Source: Eledone cirrhosa (Eukaryota). Taken from it: a stretch of 64,000 nucleotides of DNA. The notes below the pieces were generated by a model. It was not told the origin of the DNA. It was given only the letters and a program-made list of their open reading frames with translations, and searched no databases. Positions 30,701-42,700 of this stretch are shown here, piece by piece (positions within the stretch are counted from its first letter, which is position 1; each line of letters begins with the position of its first letter). A program made the position numbers and the translations under genes. The stretch is taken from positions 20,398,001-20,462,000 of the forward strand of contig OZ024746.1 of the NCBI GenBank assembly GCA_964016885.1. Reading direction: 5' to 3'.

Positions 30701-33700
30701 CATAGACTGGTAACAAAGACTGGCATCAGAAAATGTAAAACAGAAGGACTTCATCCAAATTCAAAGTGAGTCTCGATTCGCTGGATCATAGAAGCACCAT
30801 TTAATGTCTTTGCTTTGTGTAATATACCTAGGGCAGGTTAGCCTGGTAGAATCTATTCCACTCAGGAAGATTTTTTTGACCCAGCACTAAACTGATAAAA
30901 AATTTGTCAATCATACAACCATACAGGGCTGTCGCTAATGCAAGGTGGAGTAGGCTATTCAAGAGTTAAAGCTCTTGCAAAACCAGTGACGAGATCTGAA
31001 TTTTGAATTCTATCAGCTTGGACATATGTAACTCGCTTCACATAGAAGCAGAGACATGTTCAGTTTCTGAAAACTAATACCAAGAATCGATTGACAAGAT
31101 CCCAGACCTCATTCACTTACCGAGTGGAGTGGAATTTGTCAAATCGGACCAAGGAAACAATGTTTCCATTGGTCTTTCCATTGCTGATAATATCTACTGG
31201 TTGCAACTCCTGGCAGAAAGAAAGCAACGTGAAATAAAGTGTCTTGCTCAAGCACATTGCACATTGCTCAGTTTGAGAATTGAACACACAAGCTCATGCT
31301 TGTGAATCCAACTCTCTAACCACTAAGCCACGCATATCAAATTGTTAAAATAATCATTAAATAAAATGTAAAAATTTCTAAATTTAAATAATACCTTTTA
31401 TAGCTTCTCTATAGAACTTTGCTTATTTATTCTAAGAAAATAATGTAACTACTATGATAATTATATTGTTTAAAGCAAACATATTAATTTCTATCTATTT
31501 GCCCAAAACTAGAACATTATTTTTACAAGGCGTCACCTTATGTAGTGACTTTTTTTTTCTAGTGGCTATATATTTTTTTTGCGTTGGCACAGTGCACACA
31601 TTTGTAGGGGTGGGTCATATTCAACTGAATTGATTCTATTACATACCTGTTAATTATCTTATTGACCACAGGTGGTAGTACGTAGCTGTTAATTACCTTA
31701 TTGACCACAGGTGGTAGTACATACCTGTTATTATCTTATTGACCACAGGTAGTAGTACATAGCTGTTAATTACCTTATTGACCTCAGGTGATGGCACATA
31801 GCTGTTAATTACCTTATTGACCTCAGGTGGTAGTACATAGCTGTTAATTACCTTATTGACCTCAGGTGGTAGTACGTAGCTGTTAATTACCTTATTGACC
31901 TCAGGTGGTAGTACATAGCTGTTAATTACCTTATTGACCTCAGGTAGTAGTACATAGCTGTTAATTACCTTATTGACCTCAGGTGGTAGTACATAGCTGT
32001 TAATTACCTTATTGACCTCAGGTGGTAGTACGTAGCTGTTAATTACCTTATTGACCTCAGGTGGTAGTACGTAGCTGTTAATTACCTTATTGACCTCAGG
32101 TGGTAGTACGTAGCTGTTAATTACCTTATTGACCTCAGGTGGTAGTACGTAGCTGTTAATTACCTTATTGACCTCAGGTGGTAGTACGTAGCTGTTAATT
32201 ACCTTATTGACCTCAGGTGATAGCACATAGCTGTTAATTACCTTATTGACCTCAGGTGATAGCACATAGCTGTTAATTACCTTATTGACCTCAGGTGGTA
32301 GTACGTAGCTGTCATCTTATTGACCCTCCCCGCTTCCAAGTGGATTGAAGGCAAAATTACTCTTGGTGGGATTTGCACTTAGAACATAAATAAGAAAGGA
32401 GTAAACTAAATACCAAAAGGCATTTTGTATATTTCTCCTTATCTAATACTTTAGGAAATATAAAATATTGACAGGAAATCATGCAAACATTATTTATTCA
32501 TTAAAAACAAAATGTAATTGTCAAACTATCTTTTTTTGCAGCCCTGATATATTGTATGAAGAACAGATGTATTTAGAGAGTCAAGGAGGAACTGCCAGAC
32601 TTGATAAATTTACACACTGTTTACTACTTAAATGCACAGGTGTTGATGTAAGTGAATATTCTATTTCTATTAAATTCCTCTCATGTCAAAGCAAACCTCA
32701 GTTTTTTTCTTATTAATTAAGGAAAATTCACTTGAATTAAAGTTTGAATTTCTGTTTTTACTTGCCAGGAATTTTCTGACAATTATTTTGGCTTCCAAGC
32801 AACATATATTTTGTCCTAGTTAATTTAACTGAAATTAGAAACGATTCTCTCATCAGTTTTATAGTTGACATATTTCTTATGAAATACACTCTGTTTCAAT
32901 TAATTAAGAATTTTGAGGTGTTTTTTAGATTAATATTTCACTATAAAGATAGTAATATAGCATATGGCTAAAATTATGCTGATTTAAATTCATCGATAAG
33001 ATCCAACCTCATTCGCTTACTCATCAAATCTGACCACGAAAACAATGTTTCCATTGGTCTTTCCAATTGCTAATACTATCTACTGGTCACAATTCTTTGA
33101 AAATTTATTTGAATAGGAATCCTTTAAAATGTGAGGTTTTGTTTCATAGAATCAGTGCCAGGTTTGACCAGGTTAGTATCAAAAGGATTAAAAGTAAAAT
33201 GTTTGTGATGGACTTATTTCCACGAGCTTTTCTATTATTCATGGATATAAAGGTTAAAGATACCTTTCACAATACTGCATTTAATATCTAGTCCCAAATT
33301 CTAAATCCAGGGCCTTCTCACTCCTGTTGGTGGAACTTCTTCCTGGTTGACCTCCACTGCTTCCTATTTCTTGCCTCATTGGGTTATGTGGGGCTAAGGT
33401 ATCGGGTTAGATTGTGGTGTCCACTTTGTTGCTCTAATAGTCTTGTCGCCTTTGAGATGAGAGGCATGGCCAGCCCATCTATATTTGCCCTTCTTATGTC
33501 CTCACTCCAGTCTGCTGTTGAATCTAGGTGTTGTTCTTCCTGTTGAATTAATTTGACATTTAGTGTTAACAAATGCTTCCTAAATAAATAAGATCTGAAA
33601 CTAAGACAATCTTCTCTTCTATAGATGCTGGACACGTTATTGACAACATTGATCCGAGAAATTCAGAACAACAATATTGAAGGTAGAAAAACTGAAGCTA

Positions 33701-36700
33701 AACTTGTTGCAAGACGATTTCTGCGATCAGTGGCTCGTATTTTTGTAGTCTTGAATGTTGAAATGGTACCATTATCTGGAAGAAGAAGAAGGTAACAGGG
33801 TTTTTCTTCAATTCATTTTTATTCATATTGTGAATATGCTCCTATGACATTTGATATTGTAGGAGGCCAGTTAAACATACATTGGCGTGAGATATAACAA
33901 GACTGTTACAAATATGTTTGTGTGAGAAAGATTGACACAATGTAGATAATTCTTATTATCTCAGGATTGCAACACACTGTCTGTAGGATATATTCGGATC
34001 ATTTAACATCTGCTCTCCCTGCTAGTAAGTGTTGTAAGGGTCTACATAGACCAAGCTAGTACTGAAGAGGGGCTACCAGCCGAGGTGCCTGCATCCTGCT
34101 TACATACGGTCATACATTCTATTAAGTGCAGAGGAGAAACTATTTCTATTAAAAAAAATTAGAAATGTACTAAAATACCAGTAATATATTGAGGTAATGT
34201 TTTTATTTCATTCTTGTCTATAAATGAACCTTCATTTTCTATTATAATAAATAATGTCCTGTATAGTGTTTTATTGTCATTGTTGTTATCTTATTTACTA
34301 CAGTACTGGTACCATCCCTTGTCAAGCAATTTACAAATGTAAACGTGCATTTCAAGCTCTCATTACTATTGCCATTGAAGAATTATGTGAGATAGCTAAC
34401 TCATTGATTGCACCTGTCCGCATGGGTGTGGCTCGCCCAACAGCTCCCTTTAATCAGCTAAGTGCTAGTATTGAAGCAATACAGGTATGTATTTGTTTTT
34501 ATAAGATTTCTTTTAAGTCATGTATGTATACTTAATTTTTCATTTTCTTTCAGTGTTACCGTTAATGTATTCAAATTTATCTATTAAGTATATATTGCAA
34601 ATATACATTCAGTTTGTGCACATTACACCTGAGATATGTTATGCTGAAATATTTCTTACCATGGATGGTAAATATATTTATTATTTAAAATACTGTGGAT
34701 TGACAGTATCAGTTGAGTGTCGGACATGCTTTGTGGCATATAGATATGGTCTTTTGCATTATGGGTCCAGATCCTGCTGAAGTTAACTTTGCCTTCCATC
34801 CTTATGGGGGTTGATTTAATCGACTACCCCAACCCAAAAAAATTTTGTAGAATGAACAGCATATGGTTATTTAGAAACATTTAACTAATATTTTTGTTAA
34901 TCCTGTTACATGTATATTTCTAGGGAAGTGAGGAAATCTTCAGTGTGGACCCATTACCACCAAGGCCTTCATCTGCAGATCATGACTCTCAACCTATGGC
35001 TTATATTCCTCATAGTGGTTCACCACAGCCTATGGAACAAGGAGAAAGAGCTAGAGAACGAGATGAGGATGAAATGATTTCAGGAGATGTAGAAGAGGTA
35101 AATACATTTGTTTTCAAATTTTTTTTTTTTTTAATATATACTAGCAGAATGGCCCAACGTTGCTTGGGATTTGCTCTAGGGTTCTTATATATTTGATATA
35201 TATTTATCCTTATTGAGCCTCGTGAAGTAAATATGTTTGTTTATATTTTGTTATTGTGTATGCAAAACGATCTGTACATGAATATATAACAGTACAGAGA
35301 AGTACGGAATACCTCGGCCTCGGGTTGGTGTCTACATTTTGTGCTTATAAAAAAAAGTTTGTTGTACATTACCAGGGTTTTTTTCCGTTCGAAGAAAATC
35401 TACTTTATCGCGAAATAAATAATTTTCTTTATATGTGTATGCAAAAATATCTGTACACGAATATATAATTATATATATATATATATATATTAAAATAACA
35501 GATTAAAGTTTAAGCAAAGAATTGCTGCTTTCACCCTTAATGGGATCTTCTGAAACTAAAATAATAAATCTGTGAACGCAGAAGTAAATATTTCGAAAAA
35601 CGTTACACATTATATATACATATACAAACACACACACACACCGCGTCATAATGACGTAATGCAGACAGCCAGGCATACAGACAGTTATTATAAGGGCGCA
35701 ACGTAATATTTATGTATCTATCTAAAAAGAGAAAGACTAAGAGAGAGAGAGAAAGAGATCGCTAAATCGCCTAATTCGGTCCCTAGGGCATTGATAATTT
35801 GAAAATGTTTTTGCTCAGAACACTCAATAGGACCATAAGTATTACATGTGTAAAGTTTGAAAACAATCGGTTGGGTTGTTCTCGAGTTTTAGGGAGACAG
35901 ACAGACATTCTCTGTTTTAGTAATATAGTAACCCTTTAAGCTCTGATCACGAGCTAGCTCACAAGAGCTAAAGTATTGGGTAACCTGATACTTTACTTTT
36001 GTTTGTCTATTTATTAATAGTCTATTGGTGATTCATGTATGCAAATTAGTGTATGCATATTAGTGAATGCATATTAGTGTATGCAAATTCATGTATGCAT
36101 ATTAGTGTATGCAAATTCATGTATGCATATTAGTGATATATTGTATTTGCTGGCCTATTGGATGCCACTGGTTTTATAAGGTCGTTTTATGAAAAAATGA
36201 ACTTTAGTACATTGCTTCATAAATTTATTAAAAATCATTTTATTGTTTTTTCATTGTACATCTGCACATTTACTATTTAAGGTCCGTTCAGTCTTCCATT
36301 GATGTATTGGATATAGGGAAGATTTTTTTTTTGTGAGGGGCGTGGTACATCTAATAGACCAGCAAATACAGTTTTATTGTTTTTTCATTGTACAACATCT
36401 GCACATTTACTATTTAAGGTCCGTTCAGTCTTCCATTGGTGTATTGGATATAGGGAAGATTTTTTTTTTGTGAGGGGCGTGGTACATCTAATAGACCAGC
36501 AAATACAGTTTTATTGTTTTTTCATTGTACAACATCTGCACATTTACTATTTAAGGTCCGTTCAGTCTTTCATTGATGTATTGGATATAGGGAAGATTTT
36601 TTTTTTGTGAGGGGCGTGGTACATCTAATAGACCAGCAAATACAGTTTTATTGTTTTTTCATTGTACAACATCTGCACATTTACTATTTAAGGTCCGTTC

Positions 36701-39700
36701 AGTCTTCCATTGATGTATTGGATATAGGGAAGATTTTTTTTTTGTGAGGGGCGTGGTACATCTAATAGACCAGCAAATACAGTTTTATTGTTTTTTCATT
36801 GTACAACATCTGCACATTTACTATTTAAGGTCCGTTCAGTCTTCCATTGATGTATTGGATATAGGGAAGATTTTTTTTTGTGAGGGGCGTGGTACATCTA
36901 ATAGACCAGCAAATACAGTTTTATTGTTTTTTCATTGTACAACATCTGCACATTTACTATTTAAGGTCCGTTCAGTCTTCCATTGGTGTATTGGATATAG
37001 AGAAGATTTTTTTTTTTGTGAGGGGCGTGGTACATCCAATAGACCAGCAAATACAGTTTGTCTACAAGATTTAAGATAATTTTTAAATGATTTTTCCACT
37101 TTAGGTTGAAGTAGTTGAAGGTTTAGTAGGTGATGAAGATCAGTCGGATCGACATTCTGAACGAGAAGAGGAGCACCAATCTGATCACTCAGACCAAGAG
37201 CAACCACAGCAGGAACCTGATGAAGGTAAAAGAAAACTTCATCTTTCTCATTCTGTCTTTCTTTACACAATGCATCTTGTCTTACTGAGTCAGATGTTGT
37301 AATGGAGGCAATTTCTTTTCTCCTGACTCCCTCTTTTTCCTCTCTGCCTGATCTCCCACCTTTTCCTCTCTGCCTGATCTCCCACCTTTTCCTCTCTGCC
37401 TGATCTCCCACCTTTTCCTCTCTGCCTGATCTCCCTCCTCTTCCTCTCTGCCTGATCTCCCTCCTCTTCCTCTCTGCCTGATCTCCCTCCTCTTCCTCTC
37501 TGCCTGATCTCCCTCCTCTTCCTCTCTGCCTGATCTCCCTCCTCTTCCTCTCTGCCTGATCTCCCTCCTCTTCCTCTCTGCCTGATCTCCCTCCTCTTCC
37601 TCTTCGCCTGATCTCCTCCTCTTCCTCCCTGCCTGACCCCCCCCCTCTCCAGGCCCTGTAAATAAAACTGAAATCTAACAAAAGTTTACTTTAATGTTAA
37701 CTTATTTATATCACTGCTTCCCTTTACAGCTGGTGGTGAAAGTGATATGGATTTAGACCTTTTGGCTGAATCTGAAAGTGATAGTGAGAGCAGTCACAGT
37801 AATCAAGACAATACAAGTATCCAACGTAGTGCTGTGACTGCGGCCACTGCTGGATCTGATGCAGGTAGAATTTCATCTGATATATCTTAAAGACATATCT
37901 TAGAGACATTGCTATTATTTCTTTTTTTTATTTTCCGAGGTTCTTCACATTTTTCTTTTATCCTGTTAAGTTAATTTTTAATATCAATGTAACTAAAATG
38001 TAAAACGTAATATAGAATGCATTATTCATATGTAGTTGACAGACAAGAGAAAAGAGTACTCAAAACTGAAGTAGAGTTTAAATATTCATTTTATTAAGGC
38101 TAAATAGTGAGTTTCACCTGCAACTCACAGGATCATCAGACAAGAACTAGTTTTCAATAAAATGTATAGAATTAATTATTTTTTGTTTGTTTTAATCTAA
38201 TCTTGTTTCCAATAATATTAATAGTAAACTAAATGAAAATCTAAATCATCAGTTAATTAGCTTAGTTCTTTTTATTAATTTGTGTCAGGTCTTGGAAGTT
38301 TGGCTTATTTTTCTGAGGACTCAGGTGAATCATCCACTCAAGATGATGATGATGATGAAAGTGAAGCTGCTGAAAGTGAAGAGCCAGATGCTGATGAGTT
38401 ACCTTATCCTGATGAACAATTAGAACGTCGTAGCAATGCTGGCTCCCATGGCCAAAGGACTTTACAAGCCCCTCAAACTATGCAATGGGCTATTCGTCAA
38501 CGAGAACCTCCAGCTAACCGCACACAGACAAGTACTGGCAATACATCCACAACAGGTATAGAGTGAAAGCTAACTTGATTTAAAAAAATTTTTTTTTTTC
38601 ATTTGCCAAATTTTTCCACAATAGTTTCCTCGGCCGTAAAAAGAAAAAAGTGTTCTTAACTGCAGCCACAAAAAAAAAAAATCAGTGTACCAGTTAGAAA
38701 AGTATAACTGGAGTATGTTGTGCATTAGAAGAATAGATTACTACTTTTGGCACAAGGCCTGCAATTATCCCAGTGCATTACAGGTACTTTGCCTTTCATC
38801 CTTTCGGGGTCAATAACAAAGTTAACCTCGGCGGGATTTGAACTCAGACTGTAAAGTCCGTAACTATGCTGCTAAGCATGGCGTCTGAGGCAGTATATTG
38901 GCTGAGTTGTTAGAATGTTGGATAGAATGATTTGCAGTATTCGTTTTGGCTCCCTCTGCTCTGATTTCAAATCCCACCAAGGTCATCTTTGCCTTTCATC
39001 CATTCAAGGTTGATAAAAAAAAGTACCAGTTTAGTACTGGGGCTGATTCTTCCTCTGTGTCTCTTTCACACTCTATCATTCTCTGGTAGAAATCTGGGGA
39101 GGGATGGGCTCTGCCAAGTTTTAAAATGCCCTAGAAATGCTGTATCTCAAGGGGTTATGAGACCATCCATTCAATGCTAGAGATACAGTTGTCAAAATTT
39201 TGTTAATAAACTTGCATATTAATATTTTTATAAACTTTGATGCTTTCATGTTCAAATAGTTCCTTCCCATGACTCAAAACAATTGTAATAGACATAAAAC
39301 TGATTACTGTAAAAATGTTATTAACTCTGACGAAAAATGTTAATTATACTCTTAAAATAATAGATATTGTGGAGTTTGGCATTTGTAAAATTAATTTTTT
39401 TAAATGTATTTAAATGTATTTTGATTGTTTACAGTATGAAGTTGAATCTTTTCAAATACAAGCAGAATAGATTAGATCTTAACGCTTTAACATGATTTCT
39501 TCGTTTAAAATTTAGGTTATTTTAATATAAAATTTCACTACCTTTTTCAATAATTTAAGCTATATTGTGTATTTCAGATGGAATTTAAGGCTAAGACATA
39601 GTATTATTACCATGGAGTTATGAATTTAACTCTTGTAACAGTTGCCGCATGTTAACATAGAAAAAAAAAAGCAAAAAAACAAACAAAAACCAATCAAGTT

Positions 39701-42700
39701 CTTAGAACCATGATGTCCTCATAAGGCTTGGTGCTTTGTTTTGGTTTAAAGGTGTTCAACAGATGTGAGATAAATCTCCTTCTCTTGGATAGGATGTTAT
39801 TTTATTACAGTTGACAATCCCAGAAAATCTTACTGCCACCATCCTACAGTGCACATCAGTTGCAAGCCTCATGGTACCAGTACTAGAAACGTTAGTCATT
39901 TACTTAATTGCAACACCTTCTCTATCCTAAGGTGTGGGGAGAAACAGTAGGATAGGCTGGGGATGATGTGTATAGTGTATGGTGTCATGGATGTTTGACA
40001 AGTGTGGTGGAGTGGTGAGGTTTGATTGAGTAAAAAGCAGGAGAATCTGTGATGTTGACAGACACTAAGTGGTATTTGGTGTTTTAGGATTTGGCAGGGA
40101 AGTGATGGGCCTGGCAGGCGAACTAGTGTGGGTGTAAAAATGTAAGGTTGGGTTGTGTATGGGAGGTGTACAGTGATGGTGAGAATAACTCCTTAGGTTA
40201 GGGTGCTTGCCGTATGATTGTAATGTCATCAGTTTGATTCCTGGATGAGCTGCTGCATTGTGTTCTTGAGCTTATTTGACATTCCAGTACAATCATTTGA
40301 AAGTGAGTACCAGCAGTAGCTGGGAAGTTAATCCTGTGATGGACTGGTGTCCTATCCAGGGAGAGCCTTCTATTCTGTCACTTAATGCCATGGAAATCAG
40401 GTATAAACACCGGCCTGATGAACCTTTGGCTTAGAACAGATTATAGTGGGGGTAAATAGGATGTCCAATGATGGAGGGGATAGCTACCAACAAGTGATGG
40501 TGAAAGGGGTAGGATGTAGATTTGTCAGTTGGCAGGTTTTCACCACAACAGCATGTCACCAACCCATGTGATGTTTTGTAAGGTTCACTTTCTGTAGGGC
40601 CATCTTTATTACCTAGTCCCAATTTATTACTAAGGTTACATGTTCGTTGAAGCAGGATTATATTTATTTGAGAAAACTCAATATTTTCTTCTCAAAAATA
40701 TTGGTCAGTTTTGGAAATGTGAATTTGTGGCTGTTTTACAATTGAGTTTACACTTGAGAGGGAATCGCATTGTGGCACAAAATGTCTAATAAGCAATTAA
40801 ATTATGTCCTGTTTGTCTGATCTTGATGTTTCTTAGGAACTTTACTTAATGCAGGTGGTAGTGGGTTGATATACATCGACCCATCTACATTCCGCCGTAC
40901 TTCCACTGTTACGACAAGCACCAGTGCCAGTCAAGAAAGTGTTGTTACCATGGCTACAACAGCTAGTCAGCTGGCACGAGCATTTGGCATTGTGGTACGT
41001 CAGATTGCTGATTTGATGGCAATGCTGCAAGACTATCACACTTTAGCTCCGAATCTTCGAAGGATATTGGAAATTACTGAGCAAGATGCTCTTGAACAAC
41101 AGGTATGTAGCTTTGAGTTGATTTCTTTTTTTCTTATTTCAACATTTTCTCTTATTTTTCTTTCCTAAATATTTTAATAACAATATTTTAGGATCTTAAT
41201 TCAGTTTTCATTTCCATTATAACAAACATTTATGTGGAATGGTTTTATAAAATGTACTTTATGGCATAGCCTTATGGCCCTTTATGTTATGAGTTCAAAT
41301 CCTGCTGAGGTTAGCTTTGCCTTTCAGCTTTACGGGGTCGATAAAATAAAAGTACCTGGAGTCGATTTAACCCCCCCCCCCCCCAATGAAAACATCAATT
41401 CAAACGCCACCCCTTTATATTTACATTGCTAAAATAATGCAGTTTCCGTAACTTAAAATGATGAGGTGGTTAGTGGATCTAAACTTAACATTTGAATTTC
41501 AAAGGCCAAATTTGTTTGTTTATTTTTATTTGAATTAAAGCCTTTTTATTTATTTATTTATTTTTTTGATTAAATGAAATTCAATCTAAATTTTAGAAAC
41601 ACTTAAGTTCAATTTTTATTGCAATACCTTAATTTAATCAATTTGAATATATAAAAAATGTATGTTCCTATATGTTTGTATGATAGTTTTTGTTTATTAA
41701 ATGTTTATCATCATCTTTTCTCTTCATACTTGTTAGAATTATCTAAATCGGCATCTGAAACCAACATGGGATTGGCTGATTACAGTTATGGATTCTACTG
41801 AAGCTCAACTTCGGTTTGGTTCTGCTCTTAGCAACAGTACAGACCCTGCTAGTCCAAGTCACCCACTACATTCAAATTACGTCCGAAATTTGCGTGAGAG
41901 ATCTAATCGAGAGGAGCAGAGAGTTTCTCAAGTTTTAGATAACCGACGGAGAACGCGTTTTGGAACATTAGGTATCACAATCTGTTCAGTTTTATTTTAT
42001 TAATTCTCTCTTATTCTTCCTCTTCACCCACTTATTCCTGGAAGGGTTATCAGGCCAGAGTCCTCAAACACTCCTTCCAGCAGGTCCTGTCAGAAGCAAC
42101 CTTTTGATCTGGCTGGATCCTCAAATGAGATCAGCCAAGCTCACGGATGTTATCCAACCATCTGGCTCATTGCTTTGCCTGTAAAATCTGTCCAGTGATT
42201 TTTTTTTTTCTTAAGACATTTTAACCACGTCTGTAATATCGGAGCTGTGATTTCTCAATTCAGAGAAATAGTGGCTCTACCTTGAGCGACTCTCTGATCT
42301 TATTTGAATAAGCTATTTTTATGTTTCTGGTCATAATATAAGTTTGATATATAACTCAAAAATAATTCCCATTTAATAGTGTTAAAAGGAAGGTGTAGAA
42401 GCACGCAACTCAGTTTTGAGCTATTAATCTAATTATGATTGATTGAATTGATTGACAAGGTCCGAGGTCTAATTCAGTGCTAGTGGAGTGGAACTTGTCA
42501 AATCAGACCAAGGAAACAATGCTTCCATTGATCTTTCCATTACTGATGCTATCTACCAGTTGCAACTCCTGTGTTTATGAAGAGATGTAATATACTTTCT
42601 CTCCTTTGTTTTGAAACAGCTTTGATATAAAATTAATTTACACAATTTTAGAATTACTTTACTTTTTTCATTATTTCCAGCTGCATCTGATGGTAATTCT

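Noticed and set aside
31641-32325. Regular 39-bp repeats suggestive of a CRISPR array; 190-aa ORF
   Set aside because: Head-to-tail units with no unique spacers, no cas genes, in a eukaryotic intron; the ORF is a by-product of a unit length divisible by 3.
36238-37079. ORFs 36377, 36744 and 36880 with repeated peptides
   Set aside because: Translations of the 137-bp tandem repeat; poly-T length variation breaks frame between units.
36932-37681. 249-aa Arg/Gly/Glu-rich minus-strand ORF resembling an RGG protein
   Set aside because: Antisense reading of the 26-bp minisatellite plus a UBR5 exon; the peptide cycles through three frames of the repeat.
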